Origin: Octopus vulgaris
Taxonomy: Eukaryota
Direction: 5' to 3'
DNA: 64,000 nucleotides
NCBI GenBank assembly: GCA_951406725.2
Contig: OX597830.1
Coordinates: 53,010,001-53,074,000, forward strand
The notes beneath the pieces were generated by a model. That model was not told the DNA's origin. It ran no database searches and saw nothing but the letters and a program-made list of their open reading frames with translations. Positions 1 through 12,539 of the stretch are shown piece after piece (positions within the stretch are counted from its first letter, which is position 1; the number at the start of each line of letters is the position of its first letter). The position numbers and the translations under genes were made by a program.

Positions 1-190
1 CAGGATTCATAGCAACTTGATTTTTGGCAGCATCGCCAATAAGACGTTCTGTATCAGTGAAAGCAACATAGCTTGGTGTAGTGCGATTACCCTGATCATT
101 GGCAATGATTTCGACTTTACCATGTTGAAAAACACCTACACAGGAGTAGGTAGTTCCCAGATCAATTCCTATAGCTTGCGATTTCGCCAT
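1..190 (-). CDS. HSPA8: Cytosolic Hsp70 (probably Hsc70/HSPA8-like), first coding exon; the gene continues beyond the left edge
   Basis: The reverse complement of 190..1 translates to [63 protein letters not shown], with the Hsp70 signature IDLGTTYS and no signal or transit peptide. The acceptor ttacttgCAG at 195..193 lies 2 nt before the ATG. An intron just before the ATG is typical of Hsc70, but cognate versus inducible status is inferred. Confidence 0.95.
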   Translation of the reverse strand, partial: MAKSQAIGIDLGTTYSCVGVFQHGKVEIIANDQGNRTTPSYVAFTDTERLIGDAAKNQVAMNP

Positions 191-2543
191 ATCTGCAAGT
201 AAGAGGATTTTAAATTTATTATCAGAAAAAATACAATCCAAAATCTAGTTACATTTCACAATATTCTGTTCAAAGAAAATTGTGGGGTTTTGAAATAACT
301 ATTTGGAAAAGCAAATGGAGAAAAGGTAGAAATAATCTTTCACGAGGGGAGAGCTTCAGTATATCAATTCTTGAATTTCTTGCCTTCATTCAAGGTAGCG
401 ATAACTATTCCAAAACTGACAAATGATTTTAGATAAACGAAAACCATTTCCATCACCATTGTTTATTTAGCAACAAGTGTAAAAGCTCTGGGCCCACAAG
501 ATATTGTACAAACATTCTATGTTTAACAAGAAATGGCATTACACACGTGTACTGAATTTAAGTGCTAAGCTACGTTGACAGTTTGGAAGTCAGAATTCAC
601 AGAAAATGAGCAAGAGAAAAAATATTCCATAAACCTTAAAACCAATCAAAGACAGAATTTTTTTACATTTCCCTAGGTTTAGCGAAACAAAGAAAACCGT
701 CATTTTCGCCTCAGAACATTTTTTTTTAACATTTAATCTCATTCAAACAATTACTGTGATTTCGTAGGAGGGTATGATCTATACAATATGCCCCTTCGAT
801 AATTAAGAAATCCTGCCAAAATTTTCATACAGAAAAGATTCCAAGGTTTACAATTATGCGACAAAGGGCACCGACTGCAGGGTCGTGTCAGTGCGCAGGC
901 GCAGTGCTAACAGTGTTACTATGTTGAAAGTCACTGAGCACGAGGAGAAGACATCACAATAGCCTTCGCACCAAAACCCATAAAACGAGCAGCACACCTC
1001 TCAGTAGCTATATTTAAGTCTTAAAAGTACACAGCAACCCTCATCACATAAATAACTTTCACAGAGATCATTGCTGTTTAATCTGGATGCTAACATGGCA
1101 TGGCATTACAAGATCATTAAAGCCAACACCACATGGTCAGCTTCAAAACCTGACGCTAACGAAGTAGGCGAGGGTTTTCGTCAGAAATAAGAACAGGCCA
1201 ATATCTGACACATTTTATAACATACATTATCTCATAATCAATAATTTTGCCACTGCCGGGACTCCTCATGAAACAGGGATTCATTGGCTAAGACGTGGCT
1301 AATATCAGATCTAAATTCGTTGGGAAAATTAACAGCTTTTTACCAAAACCCTATGAAAATAATTATCAAATTGAAACCGGCAAATGCGTTATACGGCTTT
1401 CTGTGAGAAACAGACCAGTTTATAATTCAATAACGAACAAAAATGGAGCTGGCTCGGCCACATGATTAAACATTTGGTAAAGCTATTAAATAGTGTAAAA
1501 TTATAGAAGAAAAAAAAAAAGAAAGAAAATTAACAAAACGGTTTTATGTTAATTTTACCCATACATCTAAAGTGAATTTAAACATTTTAAATGTTCGTGT
1601 AAAATTTGTTATTGGGAGGAATATTGATTAAATACAGATTACAGCAATAAAGAGCAAGTCCTGGTAAAGTACATGGAGATTATTGAAGATTAATCAATAG
1701 AGTGTGACATGATCTGCTAAGATATACTATAATGAGAAACGATGGGAGAGAGACGTGGCCAGAAAGATTCACAATCATGGCTTTTATCATTATATAATAG
1801 GAAAAAAAAACCTGTTAGTAGCAGCGATAATAGGGGAGATCGAGAGGCTGTAGTACTTGGCTGCCGCCATTCACAGCTGGGCTTAGATTAGCAGAAGCAG
1901 GGCGTATCTCTACATCACACCATGTCTAATTATTTCAGGTCTTCCGCGTGTAATTTCTAATTAAGTACTTTTCTCTTTAATTTTATGCGAGATAAAGAAA
2001 ATTTCAAGTAATCGAAATTATGAACACTTGAAAATATTCGGGGGGGGGGGGGGAATTTGTTTAATAGTAATATTTGAATGAATCGGGGAAAAGATTTAAA
2101 TTCAACAGAAGGAATAAAAGGGCATTAGGGGTTAATTATAATGAAAACTTGAAATAAAAGAAAAAAATGAAAATTTACGCAGAAAAATACTATTATCCAC
2201 TAATGATTAATGGTAGATCACACAATTCAGGATATTAAAAGGGAATTCGTAGAATTTGAACATTTTATCAAATTCAGAAAATTTTTTAATATTATACAAA
2301 ACCAGAGAAAGGTGAAAATACAGTTAATATAGGGAAGGAAAAAAGGAGAGGGGACAGATCGAAGATTTTCTTTTTTTCTGAATCGTTAAATTACGAAGAG
2401 GAGAAAGAAAGGAAGCCGGATGAATCAGAAGAAGAATTAAAAACCGTTTGAAAATTAAATCTATGATTACATATATAAGTATATAACACGTGTGTTTAAG
2501 CAGACGAAATATATAATGTGAAAAGAAAGCAATGAATAAATAC

Positions 2544-2624
2544 CAGATATCGCTAATGAAGTTTAAGGCAATGTAGAACGTCTCTCACAGCAAGTGCGAT
2601 CTCTTCCACCAAGCCAACTGATAT
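2544..2624 (-). other. Predicted non-coding exon 1 (5' UTR) of the Hsp70 gene
   Basis: On the minus strand, the donor CTG|GTATTT lies at 2544/2543 and Inr-like TCATAT/TCAGTT at 2626-2616, about 30 nt downstream of a TATA box. This implies an intron of about 2.35 kb to the acceptor at 193. Confidence 0.7.
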
Positions 2625-2647
2625 GAAGCGGGAGCGGCCGAGCAACG

Positions 2648-2654
2648 TTTTATA
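2648..2654 (-). promoter_or_regulatory. TATA box (TATAAAA) of the Hsp70 gene
   Basis: ttttata at 2648-2654 reads TATAAAA on the minus strand. It sits in a CpG-rich context with correct spacing to the Inr. Confidence 0.75.
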
Positions 2655-2665
2655 CGGCGACTCAT

Positions 2666-2680
2666 GGAACCTTCCAGTAA
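2666..2680. promoter_or_regulatory. Heat shock element (HSE)
   Basis: gGAAc-cTTCc-aGTAa gives three alternating nGAAn units with one mismatch, 11 nt upstream of the TATA box. Confidence 0.75.
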
Positions 2681-4337
2681 CTAATGATACGTCATAGATA
2701 ATTTTTTTTATCAATCATTATTTATCAGACAGACTTCCTTCACTCCTTTTTCTGCGTAATTAAGAAGAAATTAGGAACCAAACTAAATTTTATTTCTAAC
2801 TTCAAATGCAATATATTATTACGGTTTTCTTTTTGTTTTCTTATTACAATGGTGGTGGTAGTAAGAGGTAAGCTCCCAGCGGAGCCGAAGAAGGGGGAGG
2901 TCGGCAAACGGGGTTTCGATTCCCGGACACGTTTCCTTTACACATTAACTTTGTTCGGTTGGAAAGACATAAACCTAACATGTCATATAAAACACTCGGT
3001 AAAATCTAAATGTAATAAAAAGAAAACCGGCTTGTTATTTTCACTACAAAGATAACTAGAGCAGTAGACGTGGTAAAAAAAATGGCCAGGTGGTTTATTT
3101 CCTTCTATGCCGCCTCTAAAATGTAAATATCGCCGTGCTAATTCCTACTCATCTTTAACTGAACAGATACTTTGCTCAGAAGCATTCCATGAGATAGAAC
3201 GATTACATCATCATCGTTTATTACAGTCAATGTGTTTCTCGTTTTCTTTTTAAGCAGACGGTTGTTTGAGGTTAATCAGTTGCTATTTCTAGCAGCGCCA
3301 GCAACCACGTAGAAACTCCCAAACTGACTAATATAACTCATATACTGTTGTTTATTCTATCCTACCATCTAATAAAGATTTCTATAAACTAGAATGAAAT
3401 TGTTTGTCTTAAATATTTCGGAAAATTTCGAAAACCGACTTTTCGGCCTTAAAACTATTATTACACAATAAATTATACAAGAGGAAACGGAAAGTAGATG
3501 AAATTAGTAATTCAAAATGCGCTGTGGACAAAGAAACACCCAATTCGATTTTTAATAAATGAACGTGACGACAAAATGGTGCTTCAGTGTAATATAACAT
3601 AAGAAGGAAACAAAGAAAGCGGTAATTATGACAGCATTTAAACCATTTAGAGTGTTCAGTGTAAGAACGAGGCTTTCTTTTAAAGTAGTCAGCCTTTGTC
3701 TGGCTTTTAGTAGGGAAATATCAAGTACAGGTCGTTTACATTTCCTCGAACGCGCCTCGCATGAATAAAAATTCCGCGAAAACACGATGGCTTTCCCCAC
3801 CTTTTTTTCTTCTGTCTTTCTTTTCTCTACTAAAAATAACCATCATTGTGGTCTCTTATTTACACTCGAGATCAAATGATGAAGGAATTTATTAATACAT
3901 AACTTCATCGATCCCTGAGTTTCTTATAAGTAAATTAAATACTATGAAACAATGACACCGAGCAATTTATTGTTTCTGCCAACTTCATAATAAGTACTTC
4001 TTATATAAGATGCTTTTTGGTCTAGTTTCATGAAACTGGAAATATGCTTCGTTTCTGTATTTTCCCGGTCGTAGAGTAACTACAACTGGAAATCGTGACT
4101 GAATTGCCGGAAAGCTTCACAAAGTTGAAAGGAGCAAATCTGACTCTCTTGCCCGAACTCATTGACATTAGTCATAATGGTTTCTTAGGCATAAAGCCCA
4201 ATTATTGAAAAGCAGATAAATGTATAATCGATTACGCTAATCTCTGAGTGTAAATGATTTTATTAGGTTTCGAAGGAATGACGAACGGAGTGGCATCGAG
4301 CAGGAATTCGTAATGGGAGCGAGACAAACGTACTTTA

Positions 4338-4380
<43 letters not shown>

Positions 4381-5637
4381 CCATGCTGCCCCAATAATGT
4401 CTCTTTCTGTTAGACATTGAAGCCTTAAAATTTAAACAGAAAACGGGTAACTGTGATATTCATCCTTTCCAAGAAATGTTAGTGATACAAAGGAAAACGT
4501 ATTAAGTAGGGGTTGAACCCACATCCTGGTGACCTTTTTTTTTTAAATATGACTCGTACCGTCAGCTATCTATCGTTTCACATTAGATTCACAGTTAATT
4601 AATAAAATAAAAGATCTCAGTATTTTACTGGTGTTTATTTTATTCCAATGCAGAAGATGGGGTAACACAATTCGACCAAAGCTACATTTGAACTCAAAAA
4701 TACCAGCGATCATTGATGTGGATCCAATCGTCTCGAAATTTCGCGCGAATTCAAGTAGCATCGAACAGCAAAGCAGGCACACGAACTGCTAATACACACC
4801 GTGGACGTGTGTTTTCAACTTATAAAGTGTTACTTGAAAATAGCCTGTATAAACAAATTTGTATATATATATATATAGATAGATATAGGTGCAAGTATTA
4901 GAGAAATAGAGATATTTATAGGAATATATACACGCTCTTTTTTGTTCTTATTCTGAGTGATCCCGCACTTCGTGTCTGCTAATTGCTTTCAAAAAGGAGT
5001 CCTTATAGATAGGTTTCGTCAAAAGATAACGTGTCTTACACGGATGTAATAATTATTAAATACATTTCGATATTTCGTCACAAAAATATCTAACATAAAA
5101 CCTCTCAATTTATTCATACGATAAGACGGGGCACACCACCATGCTGTGGTATTTATACCTTTTTTCAAGAGGTATTAGCTTTGTCTGATGAGTTGAATAA
5201 ATCGATAAACTGAGGGTTTTTTATGTCATTTTATATCATAACTGGAGATACACTAAGGATTCGATGTGTATTAAGCAATTTTCTAAATACTCGGTTGCTT
5301 ATATTACGCACCAATGGAACACGTGTGTGCTGTGTTAAGACAGGCACAGATGTATCGTCCAGTAATGTACATAACACTCCATTGCCTTTAAAAATCGATA
5401 TGTTGTACATTATATTATTTTTGTTTTTTAATTCCATTTTGTCACATATTTTATCCGATGTCCTAATTATTTATTTATATATTTATTATCTCTCAAAAGA
5501 ACGACTCTTCCTTCCGCTGCAATCGGGGCCTTGTTCATGCGACTATAATTTATGTGGCTTGATGCCAATTTTAGAAATTATTTATCGTTTTTCCTCCTTC
5601 CAGGTTCGATGACTGAATTTTCGGAATAATGTAACCT

Positions 5638-5800
5638 AGTTGTTTAGCTCCAGGTGAAAAGTGACTAAGCAAAGCTATAATGAAATGCTTTCCGACTGTG
5701 ACTGTCTCGCCTTTTTTTAAAGATGTTTAGGATGTAATTTAGGGCTAGTGATGGTATTTGGCTGTTATTTCTAACTGATCGAGCAACCACATATAGGTTG
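5638..5800. repeat. Dispersed repeat (gttgtttagccccaggtc...atttggctgctatttctagc family)
   Basis: Similar copies lie near 33040-33222, 41075-41262, 51695-51870, 58625-58695 and 59890-60070. The class was not determined. Confidence 0.55.
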
Positions 5801-6359
5801 ATTCATTTATATGGTTTTGTTAAGAGAGACAGATGGCAGAAACGGTGGAGAAAGAGATGAATGTGCTTTGTGATATTTAGTTTCCTCTTTTTAAGCTCCG
5901 AGTTCAAACTGTACCTGGCGTTCACGTTTATTACCCCTCGTTCCTGTTAATTAAATAAGTGTTTACTACTTAACCCGGGGCCGGATGTAGCTAGTAACAA
6001 AAGTAGCTTATGCTCAGATCCAATGCACTTTTAATCTGTGGGCTCTTAAATAGACAAATACCAGACACACACCCTCCACTCACCTACAAAAGTATTTGTG
6101 AAATTTAACCTCCCCACCCACTATTTTTATTAATTAAAGAAATTAATGACAATGCATCTCTATTTCTTTCTCCACAATAGTGTTAGGCAAATTTTAAAAG
6201 TTTAAAAACATTTCAATTATTAAACGTGACAATTTGTTCCCCTTCTTTTCAAGCATCACAGCCCACTGCTTTAAATAAACATTTTTGTTACCTTTTTTGG
6301 TTTGAAATTCACTGCTTTTAAAATGATAAGGAATTTAGTAAATTAACTTGGTCGTTATT

Positions 6360-6540
6360 GGCCCTTTAGTTACCAAATTTCTGTTGAAATATTCTGCCTT
6401 GATTTGTTCATTTTGTAAAGTATGTGCAACATAATTTTACATGAAATTTAATAGAAAGTTTAAAATTTAGATCACTTTAAAAAACAAGAAGATCGTATCA
6501 TAGAACTAGGGCTGATCTGAGGTATGTTGGTATCGAATAA
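6360..6540. mobile_element. piggyBac-type MITE fragment
   Basis: Starts ccctttagttacc and is the reverse-orientation relative of the TTAA-flanked element at about 29535-29722. Confidence 0.45.
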
Positions 6541-7369
6541 CATCAATATATAAACAGATATCATTTTTGTATCAAGATGATTAATACATTTCGATGCTTT
6601 AAACTTGGCAAACAATGATTGCGTTTAATTATAATTTTTCTTATAAGTAAGATAAGTTGAATAAATCAAACAATTTAAAAAATATTATAGACAATATATG
6701 AATAATGGGTTCCATTAAATCAAATCAGGGTTTTTAAACAGGGAAGAAACATTTTATTGTGTATACCATCTTATAAAACTATAACACAAATAGCAATTTT
6801 AAATTAAAAGAGACACATTTTTCAGTGGTGGACCACAAAAACATTATGTAGTATTAAGGTTGTGCATCAGGAGTGAATACTAAACTTGTTTGTTTTAATT
6901 TGGTAAAAGCTAGTCCCTAACATAGATAGTATTGCATCTCAAAGAGTGGCCCCCTCTCTTCAAGGTCAAAATATCCTTCATCATTATTGCTACTCTATAA
7001 AGTTAAAATGTGACCAACACTGAAGTAGTGCTGCTGCTCTCAAAGACATCTTAGATCACATCCAGAAAAGGATAATTCAACCAGTAAGCATTAAGTCACA
7101 GATATTCTCTAACTTCTGACCAACTATCTACTCTCTCCACTCTTTCTGCCACAACTATAATGGCTTCTGCTGGATTATGCCACCTTCACTCAAGCATTCT
7201 TGTTCAACTCATCTCTGCTCTCATCACTGCAAAAGAAGGATCATTCATAGTGAAGAGCCATAGGAATCAAGCTCAAATTCTATTTCTCACACTAATCACT
7301 ATGCCTGGTCCTTCCTTCCCAGAGGTTGACTGTCTGAAATTCCTTCCTTGCTCATATCATTCCTGCATA

Positions 7370-7880
7370 GGTTCAAGAGGTCCATATAAGATTTTGTTGT
7401 TAAAATTTACCTGCAACAAATTGGTCATATACTTTTACAATAGACTAAAATATTTAAACAATTTTTTAATAGAATTCCTAATACTATTTAATTATAAAGA
7501 TATAACCAGCTTTGCCTTACTGGCACTTATGCCAGTGGCACGTGTAAAAACATTCGAGCAAGGTTGTTGCCAGTACCGCTTGACTGGCCCCCGTGCTGGT
7601 GACACGTAAAAGCACCCACTACACTCTCAGAGTGGTTGGCGTTAGGAAGGGCATCCAGCTGTAGAAACTCTGCCAGATGAAGACTGGAGCCTGGTGCAGC
7701 CATCTGGTTCACAAGCCCTCAGTCAAATCGTCCAACTCGTGCTAGCATGGAAAGCGGATGTTAAACGACGATGATGATGATGAATAGGATTTTTTTTTAA
7801 ATCAAATAGCTATGAGGGTCCATCCAAGTAAAATATGATTCCAAAGGGTTCATAAGCCAAAAATAGGGAGAATCAATGCA
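7370..7880. mobile_element. hAT-type MITE interrupted by a retroelement 3' tail (about 7505-7783)
   Basis: The flanks match the MITE at 41267-41748. The insert has the gtggttggcgttaggaagggcatccagctgtagaaac...cgttaaac(gat)n tail. Confidence 0.65.
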
Positions 7881-9709
7881 ATAGAGAATTAGGGAAGGAT
7901 TGTCAGTTTCTGTCATATCAAGAGATGTTGGCAGTTGCAAGCCATTTGTTAATAAATGTCATTTCATCTCAGACTGCCTATTCAAACATGCCACATAAAT
8001 CCCCTATCTTTGAGGAATGAGAACTTTACTTGAGCTTTTGTAAGGGTGGAATCCATCCAAGTAAAGGGGAGAATGCTGATAATTTTCATCAACTAAACTA
8101 TCATCTTTCGGAGTTAACTTTATAAAAGTCTCAAACGTATTGGCAGCAGGTAAACATCAGAGTTTGAGTAAAATGATAGTGGAACTGTTGCCTAGATTTC
8201 AAATACTATGGCCAGCTTTTTCTAATTGATCAATATTCATCAAGTCTTTCAAATATACAGTTAGATCCATGAGAATAATTAAGATAAACTGGTCAGGTTT
8301 TGGTTCATGCAACACCCCACCCACACTCCGCCTTTTTTTCGGTTTCTTTATCCCAAGTCTGGTGAAATACAGATAGGCATGCGGCATTTTTCAGAAGCCT
8401 ATTCTGTTTCCCATACAAGGAAAATATGGTTAGCAAAATGTTCATCAAAGTTGTTTATTAACGAAAGGTTGAATCACTGAAGAAAATAAAAGCAATGAAT
8501 TGGGTCAGTATGGAGATAATCCCATATGTAAACTATGTCACCAACAATACACAAAAACAAAGGTGAACATCTTGATTTCCAACCTGTGAAAGAATGGAGG
8601 TAAAACAATGAAATTTGGCACACACCTGAGCACATAATTGTAGTTATGAAGTTTTAAATGGAGCAAAACCTTTCATTTTGTAGAACAAATGAAATTGTTG
8701 GTTCTCTTCACAATGTAGAATTATTTAGGGTTGTTGGAAATACTGGCCAAGTTTTAGTCTTTTTTGGCAGATTTTGTAAAATAATGATGGCAAATAAGTA
8801 GGAGTGCAAATCCTACCTGTCTAAAACAACACATATGGAATAAGGGGATAAGCAGCTAAATAAAATAAAACACAAAAGATTGTTTATAAAATAAAATATT
8901 TCATTATATATTTCTTATGTATGTTTTATTAACATTATGTAATAATTGGTTATATAATGTAAATTTTATAATCAGCCCGTACTGTCAAAGTGGAGATGGC
9001 TAGCGACTATTGTTACCTTTTCACTCCAACTATATATTTAATAATTACACATCCCTCATTATTTGACAATAAGGATTGATAATTGATAACCAATTATCAC
9101 CTTATGTTAATGAAACATACTTAGGATGGTGTACTTAGATATCATAAATAATCTCTCGTGTTTTATTTTTTAAATATACTCTGTAACACTGAAGCCCAGA
9201 TTTAATAACAAAAGGTAAAATTGCATCAACAGACTACACGTGGAATTCTTCATACAGAATATTTGTTGAACAGTTTTAAGGTTTAAATTATACTGAATGA
9301 ATAGACTAATGTATATATGGAACCCGTGGAAGAAATGGGATGATGCAAGTCTGATGAAGTGCTACTCTAATATCTAAAACCACAAACATTATATAAATTT
9401 TCAGTTTGAATTTTTGCGTAAACTGGTGTTGCAAGCAGAGTTGGTATAGAAACAATTGTGAGGAATCATTAAAGATGTGTTAAAGAATTTCGAATCTCTT
9501 TGTCTTATTATTTGGATTATAATTCACTCTTCACTACTAAATGCATAAAACAGTGTTACCGTCATGAAACCAGGATTGTTAACACTGGAAGAATTTAGGC
9601 ATTGTTCTGGAACCCAGCAGTGTTGACAGCCCAGAATTCAGGTTGGGTGCTTCTCTGGAAATGCCCTACCTTTACAACCTATCATGAACTAAGATATATG
9701 TATGTATAT

Positions 9710-10043
9710 GTGCATGGCTCGCTGGGTAGAGTGTCAGGCCTACAATTGTGAGGTTGTGAGTTCAACTCTTGGACCGGGCTGTGTGTTGTGTTCTTGAGCA
9801 AGACACTTTATTTCCATGTTGCTCCAGTCCTCTCAGCTGTAGAAATAAGTTGCTACATCACCAGTACCAAGCTGAATTGACCTTTACGTTTCCCTCGGAT
9901 TACATCAGTGGTGTGGAGAAGGGTGACTGGTATGCATGAGCGACTGCTGGTCTTCCACAAACAACCTTGCCTGGACTTGTACCTCAGAGTGGAACTTTCT
10001 AGGTGCAATACTATTGTCATTTGTGACCAAAGGGAGTTTTACT
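9710..10043 (+). mobile_element. tRNA-derived SINE (family C)
   Basis: A/B-box-like head (tggctc..tgg..agag; gagttcaactc) followed by gtgttcttgagcaagacactt. A better-conserved copy lies in reverse at 28313-28654. Confidence 0.8.
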
Positions 10044-10221
10044 TTATATATATATGCATGTATGTATATATAAGTTTACATACACACGCACACATGTAAC
10101 CTATATATATATATATATCATATACTATGTATAACTGAGATATATATTTATCATTCATACCATGTGTGTACATATGCATGTGTGCATTTACATAAGTATA
10201 TATATGTGTGCACAAATATAA

Positions 10222-10268
<47 letters not shown>

Positions 10269-10279
10269 CATTCACATGT

Positions 10280-10415
10280 GATAGGCTTCTTTCAAATTTC
10301 TGTCTAATTCCACTCATTGGCTACAGAAAACACTTGTGGAGGTGCCACATAATAAAACTAAACCGAAAACCATATGCCCAGGAAGAGAACTTCTTAACTG
10401 CACAGCCATGCCAGT
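10280..10415 (-). mobile_element. SINE fragment (family D)
   Basis: The reverse complement has the ggctgtgcagttaagaag...ggaattagacagaaatttgaaagaagcc head shared with 62650-63040. Confidence 0.6.
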
Positions 10416-11377
10416 ATCTGTACATACATACATACATACATACACATGCATATAAAAAAATTTTAATGTGAGGAGATATGGATTGAACAAGCTTTATTAC
10501 AAATCACAACAATTGTTTCAATACATCTTTACACAATGCAACATGATTTTTTGTCGTTGGGTAGCAACTGTTTATTTCCTATTTGCTTACCCCTAGAAAG
10601 TAATGGAAAATGACTGATATTTCCTTCACACTCTGCTTTTGATGCATTTATTCAAACCCCAAAGAATCCCTCTCAACACATGGCTATTATGCTTCCCAAT
10701 TACTCCTTCTCATGATCACTAAGGGACATGCTCAAGTGGTGGAAGTCAAGCAAATCTGTGATATTGAGCAGAATATTTTTTACAAGACTATTGAAAAGGT
10801 TGCAAGACGCAATGAAAATTTTAGGAAAATGAAAATAAGAAATAAGTGGAAATTTTACTGGTGAGTGTGTTGACTCATAAGGCACAAAAAGAAAATGATT
10901 CTCCCCAGACACAACAGAATTTTGTTACAACGATATTTCTGCTTCAGCAATTCAGCATTGAATCTGTCTGAAATGTAATGGAAAATAGGTCAGTTTCAAA
11001 ACATTGACGTCCAGGTCACAAAAGCAGAGTTTGAAGGGAATAGTGGTCATTTCCTTTAACTTCTAGGCAGAAGCAAACAGGAAATAACACTTGTTGACCA
11101 AAGACGAAAAAATTAAAATTTTGTTACGCAGTTATCAGCATTTAATTACTAAATGTTACATAAATTATATGCAATATTGCATTAATAAGATTTGACAATA
11201 GATGTATACATGTGCATCCTTGGGTGACCAGAGTCAAAGCATTGCTGTATCATCTTTAGATTCTCCACACCTCTAAGATATGTTTATCATTCAGTATAAA
11301 TGTATATGCAGACACAAGGTATAATTATGGAATAAATATTGAAATTATCTCTATTATCTTATATGCGAATAGATATA

Positions 11378-11800
11378 TCATGATAGGTTGTAGGTGACGG
11401 CAGAGCCAAGATAGGTAAACTTCTCCACCTCCTGTAGTCTGTGGTCTCCAATATGTATGTTTGGGATGTCCAATGTAGCCTGACCCATGATGTTGGTCTT
11501 CTTGAGGCTGATAACTAAGCCAAAGTCACTACATGCTTGCTCAAAACAGTTGATGAGCCTTTGTAGGGCTTCTTCTGTGTGTGATACCAGAGCGGCATCA
11601 TCAGCAAATAGCATCTCCTTGATCAGGACGCTTCTGATTTTGGTCTTGGCATGCAGACGCGGGAGATTGAACAGTTTCCCGTCACTTCTACTGAGCAGAA
11701 ACATTCCATGAGCTGATGTCTCAAAGGCATGTGACAGCAGCAGCAAGAAGAAGATGCTAAATAATGTAGGAGCAAGGACAGGACTACACGGCCGCAGCAG
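11378..11800 (-). mobile_element. RTE (BovB-like) LINE reverse transcriptase fragment
   Basis: ORF 11378..11746 contains LFNLPRLHAKTK...EMLFADDAALVSHTEEALQRL...FGLVISLKKTNIMGQ...VEKFTYLGS, with the RT (Y/F)ADD motif. Confidence 0.9.
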
Positions 11801-12539
11801 GACATGAAATGTAAAAGCCGGACTAGATTATTTTATGCGCAACTCCATTGTCTCCCAAGACAAAAAGGGTGCCAACAACAATGTCATGATATATAGAACT
11901 ATGTAGGTATGTACAAACAAACCCTATGAGTTTATACTATAGATTTAAATTCCGTTTAAGCATAAACTAATAATTCAAAATGAATGGATATAAATAGAAA
12001 AAGTTCTGATAAATGAGCAGGATTGTCAGTCTCATAAGTGGAGTAGCATGAATGATTGTACATTTATGAGAATGGCAAGTGAGAGTGTATGTTTGGATAT
12101 AATAAATATATGTATGTGTATACACATGTATGTACAATAGGGTTGAATAAATATATATGTATGTGTGTGTAGCTAAACTTGTTAGTTTAATAGCCTTTCA
12201 AGGTAGTGAACTGGTTTCTTTCAAATGGAACAGTAACAGACAGAAGAGATGGGTAAATTGTCAAAAGCCATCCTTTTATGACATTCTTATGCTTAATTGT
12301 TCTTTTTTATTTTCCTAAATTTTTACTAATTTCTTTATTCTATATTTTTTATTTCCCTTATTTTGTTTTTGTTGTTTTTTTTTCCTCACTTGTATCTCTT
12401 TGTATTTCCTTATTCTTCTATATCAGGGGAATTCTAAAATTAGTATTCAGTGTGGGTATAAAATATGGAGAAACTGAAGATGATACAACAGTGTTTTGAC
12501 TCTGGTCACCTAGGGATGCATATATATGCAGTGCACGAG

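Noticed and set aside
17-202. Plus-strand 61-aa ORF
   Set aside because: It is the antisense shadow of the Hsp70 exon.
1001-1048. Box C (GTGATGA) and box D (CTGA) pair on the minus strand
   Set aside because: Only about 48 nt long, with no terminal stem and no convincing rRNA complementarity.
2040-2053. G14 homopolymer (possible G-quadruplex)
   Set aside because: Similar C/G runs occur elsewhere (14108, 19308, 55163) with no supporting context.
193-2543. U14 snoRNA, which Hsc70 introns host in vertebrates
   Set aside because: Neither U14 antisense element (CATTCGCAGTTTC-like or CCTTCCTTGGATGT-like) was seen on the sense strand. The usual host introns would lie outside the window.
2849-2935. 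tRNA-like segment with GGTTTCGATTCCCGG
   Set aside because: B-box-like only; no cloverleaf or acceptor stem could be formed.
5185-5215. CTGATGA hammerhead-like box (also at 9351 and 24599)
   Set aside because: No properly placed helix II, GAAA and NUH follow these boxes.
7880-8900. ORF 8199..8387 and surrounding coding-like sequence
   Set aside because: No recognisable domain or consistent splice sites. It may be an old transposon, but that cannot be supported.
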